Positions 52,036 to 62,783 of a stretch of 64,000 nucleotides of DNA are shown piece by piece. Source of the stretch: Arcobacteraceae bacterium (lineage in GTDB: Bacteria; Campylobacterota; Campylobacteria; Campylobacterales; Arcobacteraceae); contig CBDCZH010000015.1 in the NCBI GenBank assembly GCA_965224485.1, forward strand, positions 352,001 through 416,000. Reading direction: 5' to 3'. Numbering within the stretch: the stretch's first letter is position 1; every line of letters begins with the position of its first letter. The notes beneath the pieces were generated by a model. That model was not told the origin of the DNA. It ran no database searches and was given only the letters and a program-made list of their open reading frames with translations. The translations under genes and the position numbers were made by a program.

Positions 52036-52987
52036 TAACTGCTAAACCCCATGGGTAACGCCCTACTTTAATTGTTTTTAAAACTTTTAACTTTTTTACA
52101 TCAATTAAAGAGACATCTCCGGATACTCCATTTGTACTGTATAATTTACTTTCATTATTAGCAAACTCCATTTGCCAAACTCTTTTTCCAACAAGTAAGT
52201 ATTTTATTACCTTATAGGTTTTAGCATCAATAACTGCAATATGATTAGCAGGGCCAAGGGCTACAAAAGCATATTTTCCATCACTTGTTAACTTTATACC
52301 AACGGGCTGTATTTTATCTTTATAAATTCCAGGTATTTTAAAAGAAATTGTTTTTACTTTTTCTTTTGTTTTTGTATCTATAATAGTAACAGTTCCACCT
52401 ATTTCTGAACTTGCCCAAACCATTGAACCACTTTTATTAAACTCAATATGTCTAGGTCTTTGGTCAACAGGAGTATTGTGTATAATTTTATATGTAGAAG
52501 TATCAATCCAGTGTAGAAAGTTTGAAGTCTCAGAGCTATTAATAGCTATTTTTCCATCAGGAGATATTGCCATTCCTTCTGGTTCAACTCCTACATCTAT
52601 TTGTGTAACAACTTCTTTTTTTATAGTATCAACAACAGTTATAACAGCATCATCTTCATTTGCTATATATAAATGTTTATCATTAGGATGTAAGGCAAAT
52701 TGTTCAGGATCATCACCAGAAGGTAAATCTCCAATAATTTTATTTGTTTTAGTATCAAGTATTTGAACAGTATCATCATCACTTGCACAAATATATAATA
52801 AACTTCTATCTTTATTTAAAATAATTCCTCTAGGTCGATTGCCTACTTCAATAGTTTTAATGATTTTATTTGTATTTGAATCAATTAAACTCAAAGTATT
52901 ATCTTTTTCATTAGAAACATAAATAATATCTGCACTTAAAAGTGAAGAAACAAAAACTAGTGCTAAAAGTTTATAAATTTTTCCCAT
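52022..52987 (-). CDS. YVTN beta-propeller protein of PQQ-dependent catabolism (PedA2-like)
   Basis: YVSNEKDN, RPRG, SGDDPEQF, VGVEPEGM, ALGPANH and VGRYPWG motifs. Confidence 0.85.
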   Translation of the reverse strand: MGKIYKLLALVFVSSLLSADIIYVSNEKDNTLSLIDSNTNKIIKTIEVGNRPRGIILNKDRSLLYICASDDDTVQILDTKTNKIIGDLPSGDDPEQFALHPNDKHLYIANEDDAVITVVDTIKKEVVTQIDVGVEPEGMAISPDGKIAINSSETSNFLHWIDTSTYKIIHNTPVDQRPRHIEFNKSGSMVWASSEIGGTVTIIDTKTKEKVKTISFKIPGIYKDKIQPVGIKLTSDGKYAFVALGPANHIAVIDAKTYKVIKYLLVGKRVWQMEFANNESKLYSTNGVSGDVSLIDVKKLKVLKTIKVGRYPWGLAVIAKD

Positions 52988-53017
52988 AACAATTCCTTTT
53001 ATTTTTTAACTTAATTA

Positions 53018-53101
53018 AGTCTACTAAAGATTTAAAGCATGAGAATAGCTATGATTTTTTTACACCAAACCTATATTCATGCTATAAATCTTTAGTAAAA
53101 T
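53018..53101. promoter_or_regulatory. Back-to-back alcohol-regulon promoters
   Basis: Minus strand GCTATT-ctcat-GCTTTA-N9-TAGACT (53018-49); plus strand CCTATA-ttcat-GCTATA-N9-TAAAAT (53070-101). Confidence 0.75.
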
Positions 53102-53120
53102 TAAATAGTAAAGGACACGT

Positions 53121-54266
53121 ATGAAACAAATAATACTTCTTAGCCTTCTTTATATAAATATATTTGCTAGTACTTTAAATATTAAGATTTTGTATTTAGA
53201 AGAAATTATTGAAAAACCTCCTGTTTTATCAAATGTAATAAAAGAGCCTAAAGACAGTGGTTTATTAGGAGCTCTACTTGCTATTAAAGATTCTAATATA
53301 ACAGCTAAGTTTTTAAATCAAAAATATATTTTAGAAAGTATTACTTCAAAAGATGAAGGAATACTTATAAAAGTTTTTGAAAACTTTATAAGAGAAAAAA
53401 ATACTTTTGTTTTAATATCAGTATCAAATAAACTATTTAAAAAACTTTTACTTAATAAATATGCAAAAAAAGCTTTATTAATTAATATAGCCAATAAATC
53501 AAGTTCTTTTAGAAAAAACTTTTGCTCTAAGAATTTACTTCATACAATAGCAAGTCATGCTATGTTATATGACGCTTTAGCCCAGTTTTTAGTAAAAAGA
53601 AATTGGAAAAACTGGCTTTTGATTAAAGGTGAAAAAAAAGAAGACAAAGAAGTATATCAAGCAATAATAAGAGCTAAAAACAGATTTGGTGCAAATATAG
53701 TAGAAGAAAAAATATGGACTTCAAATAGTGATATAAGAAGAAAAGCACAAGATGAAATGCCTTCTTTTACACAGAGTTCCGATTATGATGTTATTGTAGT
53801 TGCTGATTATTTTGGAGATTTTGGTGAATATATTTACTTTAATAGCTGGTTACCAAGACCAGTTGCTGGAACACAAGGTCTTAGACCTCTTACTTGGCAT
53901 AAAGTAATAGAAGCCTGGGGTGCAGCACAATTGCAAAAAAGATTTGAGCAAAACTTTAAGAGATGGATGAATTCAAAAGATTATGCTTCTTGGTTAGCTA
54001 TTAGAACTATACTAAGAGCAGTTTCTACTACTAAAACAAAAGATCTTAAAAGAAATATAGATTTTATTTATTCAAATAATTTTGATTTAGGGGCTTATAA
54101 AGGAAGAAAATTAACATATAGACCTTTTAATGGTCAGCTTAGACAACCAATAGCTTTAGTTCATTCAAAAGCTTTAGTTTCACACTCTCCTCAAGTTGGT
54201 TTTTTACATCCACTTACAGACTTAGATACTCTTGGCATTTCCAAATACGAAATGAATTGTAAATAA
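53121..54266 (+). CDS. ABC substrate-binding protein of PQQ-ADH system (PedA1-like)
   Basis: DALAQFL..RNW, PRPVAGTQGL, WH...EAWGAAQLQ.RF, YKGRKL and GFLHP..DLDTLG motifs. Confidence 0.85.
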   Translation: MKQIILLSLLYINIFASTLNIKILYLEEIIEKPPVLSNVIKEPKDSGLLGALLAIKDSNITAKFLNQKYILESITSKDEGILIKVFENFIREKNTFVLISVSNKLFKKLLLNKYAKKALLINIANKSSSFRKNFCSKNLLHTIASHAMLYDALAQFLVKRNWKNWLLIKGEKKEDKEVYQAIIRAKNRFGANIVEEKIWTSNSDIRRKAQDEMPSFTQSSDYDVIVVADYFGDFGEYIYFNSWLPRPVAGTQGLRPLTWHKVIEAWGAAQLQKRFEQNFKRWMNSKDYASWLAIRTILRAVSTTKTKDLKRNIDFIYSNNFDLGAYKGRKLTYRPFNGQLRQPIALVHSKALVSHSPQVGFLHPLTDLDTLGISKYEMNCK

Positions 54267-54721
54267 TGAAGAAAATATTACTTCTACTGCTTTTATATTC
54301 TTCCCTCTTTTCTTTTGAAAAAGAAGAAAATGATAATTTTATTAAATATAGTATAAAAGCTTCTTATGAAGATATAGTTTTTTCAATTCTTGATGAACTA
54401 AGCATTAGAGGTTTTATTTTAACATATAGGGCAAATATAGGAAAAAATGTAAATAAAACTTCAAAGTTTTTTTACAAAGAAGAGCTATTTATAAAGGCAA
54501 ATAAAATAGGATTTTGTAAAAGTACTCTTAGTTTAAAAATGATTAAAGAAGATAATAATAATTTAATTTATTGTCCCTTGTCTTTAGCTATATATGAGAA
54601 AACTAAAGGGGAAATAATAATACTCTACCAGAAGGCAAAAGCCCTAAAAAAAGGAGATATTATAATGAAAGAGGTAAATGAGATTATTAATAACTTAATT
54701 ATATCTACACTAAAAAACTAA
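54266..54721 (+). CDS. DUF302-like secreted protein
   Basis: Signal peptide; FC...S and IYCP..LAIYE motifs; coupled to the upstream binding-protein gene. Confidence 0.6.
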   Translation: MKKILLLLLLYSSLFSFEKEENDNFIKYSIKASYEDIVFSILDELSIRGFILTYRANIGKNVNKTSKFFYKEELFIKANKIGFCKSTLSLKMIKEDNNNLIYCPLSLAIYEKTKGEIIILYQKAKALKKGDIIMKEVNEIINNLIISTLKN

Positions 54722-54802
54722 GTGTCTTTTTAAAATTGATAAGCATTAATGATATTTAATAACTATTTAGGTATACTACAAAAAACTTATTATAGGAAAA
54801 AA

Positions 54803-57004
54803 ATGCCTTCTTCTTTGAAGATAGAAAATAGTGATTTAATTTTTAATACATCTAATTATAATATTCTTATTGTAGAAGATTCAAAATCAGTTAATAAAAT
54901 ATTATTTAATACTTTTAATGAATTAAAATATAATTGTTTTAGCTCTTTTTGCTTAAAAGAAGCCTATGATATTTTACAAAATACTAAAATTGATTTTATA
55001 ATGTTAGACATAAACTTACCAGATGGTAATAGTTATGAATTAATTAAAAAACTTGAAAACTCACCTGAAAAAATATTTGTTTTAACTACAGAAACAGATA
55101 CTCAATTTAGAGATTTAACCTATCAAAAAGGTGTAATTGATTTTATTTTAAAAGATAAAGAATTTTTCCATAAAATCCATGAAATTCCAAAAACTATAGA
55201 AAAACTAGAAAAAAACAAATTTAAAACTATTTTAGTAGTTGAAGACTCTATTGTAGTACAAGAACAAATAAAAGATATTTTTGAAAATAGACAATATAAG
55301 GTAAAAGTTGCCTTTGATGGAAAAGAAGCTTTGACTATCTTACAAGAAGAAACAATTGATTTAATTCTTTTAGATTTAGAGCTTAAAAATGATAATGGTT
55401 TAACTTTTTTAAAAAAGAATAAACAAGAAATAATTAATTTAAAGAAAATACCAGTTATGATTATTTCTGGAAATATTACATCTTCTATTATTAGAGAAGC
55501 TCTTAGAAATGGAGCTATTGATCTTATTAAAAAACCATATGTTACAGAAGAACTTATTTTAAAAGTTGATTTATGGATAGATTATAGAAGAAAAGATGAA
55601 GAATTAATTGATTCAAAACAAATCTTGCAAGAATATAAAGATAGTGTAGATGAGATTTCAATTGTTTCAAAAACAAATAAAAATGGAATTATTACTTATG
55701 TAAATGATAAGTTTTGTGAAATTTCAGGTTACAAAAAAGAAGAACTTATAGGTAAAAATCATAATATCGTAAGACATGAAGATAGTTCTTCTTTAATATT
55801 TAAAGACTTGTGGAATACGATTAGTATCTCAAAAAAAGCCTGGCAAGGTAATATTAAAAATAAAAGAAAAGATGGAAGTTTTTATTGGGTAAAAGCCCTT
55901 ATAAAACCTATTTTAAATAAGAATAATGAAGTTATTGAATATATTGGTTTAAGAACAGATATAACAGAAGATATTAAAGTAAAAAATTATTTTAAAAATA
56001 AACTTGATACTACTTCTCTTAATTTAAATGATGCTATTAATTTGTCAAAAGAGTATGAAAATGCAATTAATGAAAGTAACGTGCTTTCAAGATTAGATTT
56101 AGATTTTAAATATACTTATGTTAATGATAAATTCTGCTTGTTAACTGGTTTTACTAGAAGTGAATTATTAGGACAAGCTCAGAAAATAGTGATTCATAAA
56201 GATTTGGATAACGCTGTTATAGAAGAACTTCAAAGCGTAATACAACAAGGTAACATTTGGAGAGGGATAATACACAACAAATCTCAACAAGGCGAATATT
56301 ATTGGGTTAATACAACAGCACTTCCTATAAAAGACGAAAAAGGAAATATTCTTGAATATCTCATAATAAGACAAGATATAACAGAGTTATTTGAACTTCA
56401 TAAAGATATAGAAGAAACACAAAGAGAAATAATATATAGAATGGGTGAAGTAGGAGAATCAAGAAGTAAAGAGACAGGGAATCACGTTAAAAGAGTTGCT
56501 TCTTATTCAAAAGAGTTAGCTCTATTAGCTAATCTTAGTAAAGAAGATGCTCATTTATTATTTACAGCTTCGCCTATGCATGATATTGGCAAAGTAGGAA
56601 TTGCTGATGTAATACTTAAGAAACCAGGAAAACTAACTAAAGAAGAGTTTGAAATAATGAAAACTCATGCAGAAATAGGTTATAGTATTTTGAAAGATTC
56701 AAATAAACCAATACTTAAAGCTGCTGCTATTGTAGCTTTAAGCCATCATGAGAAATGGGATGGAACTGGTTATCCAAATTCTTTAAAAGAAGAAGAAATA
56801 CATATTTTTGGTCGTATTACAGCAATTGCTGATGTATTTGATGCCTTAGGAAGTGCCAGAATTTATAAAAAAGCTTGGAAGGATGAAGAAATATTTGAGC
56901 TTTTTAAAGAACAAAGAGCTAAACATTTTGATCCAAGTCTTATTGATTTATTTATGAATAATCTTCCAATATTTTTTAAAATTAGAGATACTTATGTTGA
57001 TTAA
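54803..57004 (+). CDS. REC-REC-PAS-PAS-HD-GYP protein (c-di-GMP phosphodiesterase)
   Basis: Two receiver domains (IVEDS/LDINLP and VVEDS/LDLEL), two PAS/PAC, ETGNHVKRV, MHDIGK and HHEKWDGTGYP; start after an AGGA RBS. Confidence 0.88.
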   Translation: MPSSLKIENSDLIFNTSNYNILIVEDSKSVNKILFNTFNELKYNCFSSFCLKEAYDILQNTKIDFIMLDINLPDGNSYELIKKLENSPEKIFVLTTETDTQFRDLTYQKGVIDFILKDKEFFHKIHEIPKTIEKLEKNKFKTILVVEDSIVVQEQIKDIFENRQYKVKVAFDGKEALTILQEETIDLILLDLELKNDNGLTFLKKNKQEIINLKKIPVMIISGNITSSIIREALRNGAIDLIKKPYVTEELILKVDLWIDYRRKDEELIDSKQILQEYKDSVDEISIVSKTNKNGIITYVNDKFCEISGYKKEELIGKNHNIVRHEDSSSLIFKDLWNTISISKKAWQGNIKNKRKDGSFYWVKALIKPILNKNNEVIEYIGLRTDITEDIKVKNYFKNKLDTTSLNLNDAINLSKEYENAINESNVLSRLDLDFKYTYVNDKFCLLTGFTRSELLGQAQKIVIHKDLDNAVIEELQSVIQQGNIWRGIIHNKSQQGEYYWVNTTALPIKDEKGNILEYLIIRQDITELFELHKDIEETQREIIYRMGEVGESRSKETGNHVKRVASYSKELALLANLSKEDAHLLFTASPMHDIGKVGIADVILKKPGKLTKEEFEIMKTHAEIGYSILKDSNKPILKAAAIVALSHHEKWDGTGYPNSLKEEEIHIFGRITAIADVFDALGSARIYKKAWKDEEIFELFKEQRAKHFDPSLIDLFMNNLPIFFKIRDTYVD

Positions 57005-57043
57005 TAAAAGTATACAAAAACCTTAATATTAAAAGTGTTATTA

Positions 57044-59155
57044 TTAAGCAAAAGGAATAGTTATCGTAAAAACTGCACCTTCCTTTGTATTTCTAACACT
57101 TAACTCTCCTTTGCAATGTTCATCTATTATAGTTTTACTCATATATAAACCAAGTCCTGTTCCATCTTTTTTTGTTTTTGTAGAAAAATAAGGATCGAAA
57201 ATTTTACTCATTATATCAGGAGGAATACCACCTGCATTATCACTAACTTCTAAAATAACTTCATTTTTATTTGAATATGTAAATAATTTGATATATGGAT
57301 TTTTTATTTTGTTATCAAGTAAGATATCATCTGCATTTTTTATTAAATTCAATACTACTTGTTTTATTTCATTTGGATAAGTTAAAAAGTTTTTAGAACA
57401 AGAAAATTCTTTTATAATATTTATATTTTTTGTAGCAATTGAATCTTCTACAATATTTAAAACATTTTTAATAATATCATTAAAGTTAGTTTCACTTTTT
57501 TCTTTATTTGGTCTAAAAAATTCTCTAAAATCATCAATTGTTGTGCTTAAATGTTTGGAATTTGCTGTGATTTTATTTGTTAAGTCTAAGGTCAACTCTT
57601 TATTTAGTTTTCCTAATTGTGCTTTTAAATTTAAGGCTAGACTTAAAGAACTAATAGCGGCAAGAGGTTGTCTCCATTGGTGTGCAATCATAGAAATCAT
57701 TTCTCCCATTTGTGCTAGTCTTGCTTGTTGAGCTAATTGTTCATCTTTTAGTCTATTTTTTTTTACTTCAAAAGTAATTTTTTCTTTAAGATTTTTATTT
57801 AACTCTTCTATCTTTTTCTTATCGCTTATATCTTGCCTTGTAGAGGTATAAGCACTAATCTTACCATGAGAAACCACAGGTGTAACTGTAGCAATAACCC
57901 AATAATATTCTAAGTTCTTTTTTCTATTTTTTACCTCACCTACCCAAGTATCACCTTTAGATATAGTTTCCCAAAGATTTTTAAAAGTTTCGTCTTTCAT
58001 GTCTTTATGTCTTAATATTTTATGTGATTTACCTACAAGTTCACTTTTTTCATACCCAGAAATTTTACAAAAAGCCTCACTGCAATCAATTATAATTCCT
58101 TTTAAATCAGTTGTAGATGAAATTACATTTTTATCAATTATTGCACTTAATACTTCTTCCTTTTTAATAAACACAGTTAATAAATAAATCATAAAAAAAC
58201 TAATAAAAAGTGCAAGAATACCAATACTTACAAAAAAAGTTAATTCCTGTGTTGTGTCTTTTCTTTTATTAGAAATATATGTCAATATATTTTTACTTAA
58301 TAAGTCATCAATAGTTTTAAGATGTTCAATTTTTTTACTTACCTTATCAAACCAAAAATCAAGATTTATATCAAAAGAATTAATATCAGAAGTATTTAAA
58401 ATTGTATCTCTCATTTGGGACACTTGCATAAAAACTTTTGACTCAAAAGAGTACTTATAATACTCTTTTAATTCATCACTTGCATATTTAAAGAAAAAAT
58501 CATTATATAAATCTTGCTTTGAAATCAAAGTATTGAATTTATGTATAATAAAATGACTTTTATTATTATTGGATAATATATTTACACCCAAGGCTCTTTC
58601 TAAACCTGCGAACTCCTTAGAATAAAGAAAATTAATATAAGCAGTTATATTTTGTGAAATTATATTTTTATTAGAAGTTTTGGATATATGGATAATAATA
58701 TTTAAAAGTTTTGAGTTAATTTGAGAATAAAAATCAATAATATCTGCTTCTTTTAAACCTAATAAGCTTATTTTTTTTCTAATCTCTCTTAATACTTTAA
58801 TATCAAGAAAATCCAAAATTTTATGATTTCTTTTACTTAACATACTATGGTTTTTTATATATAATCTTATATCTTGATAAGAAAAATCACTTGCTATTTG
58901 CTGTTTTAATAGTTTATTCTTAAAGATTTTACCCTTATTTACAGTATATGCAACAGAAGTACCTCTTTCTAATTGTATCTCATGTAATAGTTTTGAAATT
59001 TTTGTTGCTAGGACTATTTGAGTATCAAGGTTGTGCAAAGAATCATATTCATTTATTTTTGTTTTTAATAAACTAAGAGTCATCAGTAAAAAAATAATTC
59101 CAAGAAGAACAATAAGAATTAATATCTTTCTTTTAAATTTAAGTTTTTTAAGCAT
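57044..59155 (-). CDS. NIT-PAS sensor histidine kinase
   Basis: TM, NIT motifs LHEIQLERG and KEFAGLERA, TM, PAS, IAHQWRQPL H-box, DNAGGI, PYFSTK and GTGLGL. Confidence 0.85.
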   Translation of the reverse strand: MLKKLKFKRKILILIVLLGIIFLLMTLSLLKTKINEYDSLHNLDTQIVLATKISKLLHEIQLERGTSVAYTVNKGKIFKNKLLKQQIASDFSYQDIRLYIKNHSMLSKRNHKILDFLDIKVLREIRKKISLLGLKEADIIDFYSQINSKLLNIIIHISKTSNKNIISQNITAYINFLYSKEFAGLERALGVNILSNNNKSHFIIHKFNTLISKQDLYNDFFFKYASDELKEYYKYSFESKVFMQVSQMRDTILNTSDINSFDINLDFWFDKVSKKIEHLKTIDDLLSKNILTYISNKRKDTTQELTFFVSIGILALFISFFMIYLLTVFIKKEEVLSAIIDKNVISSTTDLKGIIIDCSEAFCKISGYEKSELVGKSHKILRHKDMKDETFKNLWETISKGDTWVGEVKNRKKNLEYYWVIATVTPVVSHGKISAYTSTRQDISDKKKIEELNKNLKEKITFEVKKNRLKDEQLAQQARLAQMGEMISMIAHQWRQPLAAISSLSLALNLKAQLGKLNKELTLDLTNKITANSKHLSTTIDDFREFFRPNKEKSETNFNDIIKNVLNIVEDSIATKNINIIKEFSCSKNFLTYPNEIKQVVLNLIKNADDILLDNKIKNPYIKLFTYSNKNEVILEVSDNAGGIPPDIMSKIFDPYFSTKTKKDGTGLGLYMSKTIIDEHCKGELSVRNTKEGAVFTITIPFA

Positions 59156-61148
59156 TAAAATTCGTTTCTAAAGGTTTTGGTTTTCCAAAAAAATATCCTT
59201 GAGAATAATCAACACCTATTTTTTTTAAGACAGTGTAAATTTCTTCATTTTCGACAAACTCACCAACTGTTTTTATATTTAGTTTTTTAGCAAAATCTAC
59301 TATTGTTTTTACTACATTTAAAGAGTAATTATCAATATGAATATTTTTAATTAAACTTCCATCAATTTTTATAATATCTGGACGATAATCTAATAGTCTT
59401 GAAAAATTAGAGTGTCCCGAACCAAAATCATCAATAGCAATTTTTACATTATACTCTTTGATTTTTGATATAAACTCTTTCATAAGATTAAAGTCTTTTA
59501 TCTCTTCATCTTCTAAAAGCTCAAATACAATTCTATGGGCATCATTTTTATATTCTTCTAATAAATCAAATATCTTTTTTTGTGTTGATTTTTTTTCAAT
59601 ATCAATAGCAGATAAGTTAATTGTTAAATCTTTCTTGGTCTTTTTAAGATTTGCAAATGCTTGTTTTATTACAATAGCTGTGATTTGAGAATAATATTTA
59701 CCTTTTTTTGCTGTATCTAAAAAGAAATAAGGACTTAAGATCTCACCATTTTCAGTTCTTAACCTAACTAATGTTTCATATTTTACAATTTCTTTTGTAT
59801 CATTATCTACTATTTCTTGAAAATATGTAATGATATTATTATTATCAATTGCATATTTTATCATTTTTAATGTACTTAGATTATTCTGAGATAATTTTCT
59901 CTCTTTTTCTACAAGATCATTAGAAATCATAAAATCTTGTTTAATTTCTATTAGTTTTTGAAGACCTAAGCTTGCATTTTCATAAGGGTTCTCCTTATAA
60001 GCAGCACTTATTATAATAGAGATATCATAATCAATCCCTTCTACTTTTAATTGGGCTTCTTCGATATTATTTTTAAAGTCATGTAAGTTATTTATTAATT
60101 TTTCATCGCAAACTTCATTAGTTACATTGTCTTTCACTATGGCAAACTTACCATTATCTAAAAGAAAAAACTTATCAAAAGTACACTCAAGAGGAAGAAA
60201 TTCATTAAATCTTTTAGAAAATTCTATCTCGATTCTATTAGAAATATTTAAACCATAATATTTTTGTATATCATTAAAACGTTCAATATTTATTAAAATA
60301 ACGGTAGGGTTTTTCATAGATTCTACTAAATCAATTAACTGTCGTTCTTGATTCATTAGTTCTGTAATATTTTCATTTATTGAAATATATTCGATTATAT
60401 TATTATCAAGGTCTAAAATAGGTTTAATAGATGCTTGCAAGTAAAAACTTTTTCCATTTTTACTTATAGCTCGCATAATACCTCTCCAAAGAGATTTTTT
60501 AGTTTTTATTGTGTCCCATACCTCAGCAGATCTCTCTTTTGGGTTATTTGGATGAATCATTATAGTATGACTTTTTCCTATGATTACTTCTCTTGAATAT
60601 TGAAATATTTCACAAAAAAGATCATTTACATAAGTAATATTACCTTCTAAATCCATTTTTATCACAATTGAACTTTTGTCAGTTATTTCTTGATACTGTT
60701 GCAAAAGATGTAAATGATTATTTGATTCATTAGAAAGTTTTATTTTTGATATTATTTTTGATAAAGCAGTTAAAAATTGTTCCATTTCTATTGGTTTTAA
60801 TAAATAACCATCAACTCCTAGTTTTATGCTTTCAAGGAAATATCCAGATTCATTATAAGCAGATAAAACTAAAATAGGAATGTTTTTATTTAACTCTCTT
60901 ATTTTTTTAGTCATTTCTAAACCATTTAATTTTGGCATATTAATATCAGTAATAATAAGATCAAAAGAGTTATCAAATTTTTCCAAAGCATCTTCGCCGT
61001 CAACTGCAAGTACAATTTTTTTGAAGAATTCTTCAAATATCAGTAGGGTTGCATCTCTTGCACTTTGATTATCTTCTACATATAAAAGTTTTAAGCTATT
61101 TGAATATTTAATTATATTTTCTAATTCATGCAAACTAAGCCTCTTCAA
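59148..61148 (-). CDS. REC-PAS-degenerate GGDEF-EAL protein
   Basis: LYVED/ITDINMP receiver, PAS, GGDEF position reads DNGKF, then YETLVRL, DDFGSGHSN, IKIDGS and QGYFFGKP. Confidence 0.85.
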   Translation of the reverse strand: MKRLSLHELENIIKYSNSLKLLYVEDNQSARDATLLIFEEFFKKIVLAVDGEDALEKFDNSFDLIITDINMPKLNGLEMTKKIRELNKNIPILVLSAYNESGYFLESIKLGVDGYLLKPIEMEQFLTALSKIISKIKLSNESNNHLHLLQQYQEITDKSSIVIKMDLEGNITYVNDLFCEIFQYSREVIIGKSHTIMIHPNNPKERSAEVWDTIKTKKSLWRGIMRAISKNGKSFYLQASIKPILDLDNNIIEYISINENITELMNQERQLIDLVESMKNPTVILINIERFNDIQKYYGLNISNRIEIEFSKRFNEFLPLECTFDKFFLLDNGKFAIVKDNVTNEVCDEKLINNLHDFKNNIEEAQLKVEGIDYDISIIISAAYKENPYENASLGLQKLIEIKQDFMISNDLVEKERKLSQNNLSTLKMIKYAIDNNNIITYFQEIVDNDTKEIVKYETLVRLRTENGEILSPYFFLDTAKKGKYYSQITAIVIKQAFANLKKTKKDLTINLSAIDIEKKSTQKKIFDLLEEYKNDAHRIVFELLEDEEIKDFNLMKEFISKIKEYNVKIAIDDFGSGHSNFSRLLDYRPDIIKIDGSLIKNIHIDNYSLNVVKTIVDFAKKLNIKTVGEFVENEEIYTVLKKIGVDYSQGYFFGKPKPLETNFNA

Positions 61149-61333
61149 TTTTTTATTATTATGACATAACTTTAATAAATAAATTATATTTTTTCTTTAA
61201 TCATAATATTATTTTTATAATATGCAAAATTTGAATTATATATTTAAGTTCTAAAAAAGGTGATAGTGTATACTTAATAAAATTATTTTTAAAAAATATA
61301 TAAAAAAAATTACTAGTTCTTAGTATTTAAAAA

Positions 61334-62041
61334 TTATTTAAGTTCACCACTTAAAATACTAGGATAATTATTTAATAGATTTTTTTTTCTTTCAGCTATA
61401 ATATTGTCATCAAAACTTTCTTCATTTTTATACTCATAAATTATAGTGCTTGGACTTGAACTTAAAAAAATTATTCTACTTGATAAACATAAAGCTTCAT
61501 GCAAATCATGAGTAACTAAAACTACTATTGGCAAGTATTCTTTATACAATTTATATATTAATTTTCTTAAATCTTGGGCTCTTGGATAATCAAGTGAAAT
61601 AAAAGCTTCATCAAGCAATAACAACTTAGGTTTATTAATGAAAGCTCTAACTATTGAGACTCTTCTTTTCATTCCACCTGAGAGTTCTTTTATATATGAG
61701 TTTATATAATTTTTTAAACCAACTTCACATAAAAATCTTTCAATTTCGCTCTCATCTTTATTTTTGCAAACCAAAAGAATATTCTCTTTTACACTCAACC
61801 AAGGGATAAGTCTTGTATCTTGAAAGATATATCCAAGATTATTTATATCTTGTGAATCTTCATATTCAATCTTGCCTTCAAAATTCTTTTCTAAATTGGC
61901 TATTATTCTTAATAAAGTTGTTTTTCCACAACCAGAAGGTCCTATTATAGATATAAATTCTGCTTTTTTTAGTTTTATATTTATATTAGCTAATATTTTT
62001 TTTTCATCAAAAAACTTATGTTCTATATTTATCTCAAACAT
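61334..62041 (-). CDS. NitT/TauT-family ABC ATPase
   Basis: GPSGCGKT, FQD.RL.PW, LSGGMKRR and DEAFISLD; start at MFEINIEH. Confidence 0.88.
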   Translation of the reverse strand: MFEINIEHKFFDEKKILANINIKLKKAEFISIIGPSGCGKTTLLRIIANLEKNFEGKIEYEDSQDINNLGYIFQDTRLIPWLSVKENILLVCKNKDESEIERFLCEVGLKNYINSYIKELSGGMKRRVSIVRAFINKPKLLLLDEAFISLDYPRAQDLRKLIYKLYKEYLPIVVLVTHDLHEALCLSSRIIFLSSSPSTIIYEYKNEESFDDNIIAERKKNLLNNYPSILSGELK

Positions 62042-62042
62042 A

Positions 62043-62783
62043 TTATCTCCATTTATTGAGCTTTTCTTCAAAAACTTGTAGAATAAAAAATTCAATCAAT
62101 AAAACAACAATAATAAAAGCAAAAGAGTATGCAAAAATTGAAGTTATATCAAAAAATTGAAAAAACATGGCTAACTGAAATCCTATTCCCTCACTTTGTC
62201 CTAAAAGTTCAACAAGCAAAACAATTTTCCAAATAAGAGATAAACCTGTTCTTGCACTTGCCATAATATATGGGTAAATTTGAGGTAGGTAAATTTTAGT
62301 AAAAGTATCATACCAAGATATATTATAAACCTTTGAAATCTCTAATAGTTCTTTATCTATGGCTTTACATCCTTCTCTAATTGTAACAATTACAGTTGGG
62401 ACTTTATTTATAACTACTGCTAAAATAGCAGAAAAATCATTTAGTCCAAACCAAATATAACATAAGATTATGCTTACTAGTGCAGGAATATTAAGCCCTA
62501 AGATTAACAAAGAGTCTAATTTATCATCAATACTTTTATTAGCTCCCATTAAAATACCAAAAAATATTCCAAAAAACATAGCTATAAAAAAAGCAATAAA
62601 CACCCTATATAAAGTAATACTTAAGTGATAAAAAAGTTCATCTTCAAAGCCATGAAAATACAATGACTTTAAGACAGTTACAGGGCTTGGAAAGAGTTCA
62701 CTATTTATCATAATACTTAGTCCTTGCCAAAGCAAGCAAAGAATAAATAAAGACAATAAGCGAGATTTTTTTGTTTTTACCAT
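62043..62783 (-). CDS. NitT/TauT-family ABC permease
   Basis: FPSP, ITLYRV, NIPAL, NKVP...TIREG and WKIVLLVELLG motifs. Confidence 0.85.
   Translation of the reverse strand: MVKTKKSRLLSLFILCLLWQGLSIMINSELFPSPVTVLKSLYFHGFEDELFYHLSITLYRVFIAFFIAMFFGIFFGILMGANKSIDDKLDSLLILGLNIPALVSIILCYIWFGLNDFSAILAVVINKVPTVIVTIREGCKAIDKELLEISKVYNISWYDTFTKIYLPQIYPYIMASARTGLSLIWKIVLLVELLGQSEGIGFQLAMFFQFFDITSIFAYSFAFIIVVLLIEFFILQVFEEKLNKWR

Noticed and set aside
53022..53097. 27-bp imperfect inverted repeat read as a structured RNA or riboswitch
   Set aside because: Explained by two mirrored promoters carrying the same boxes
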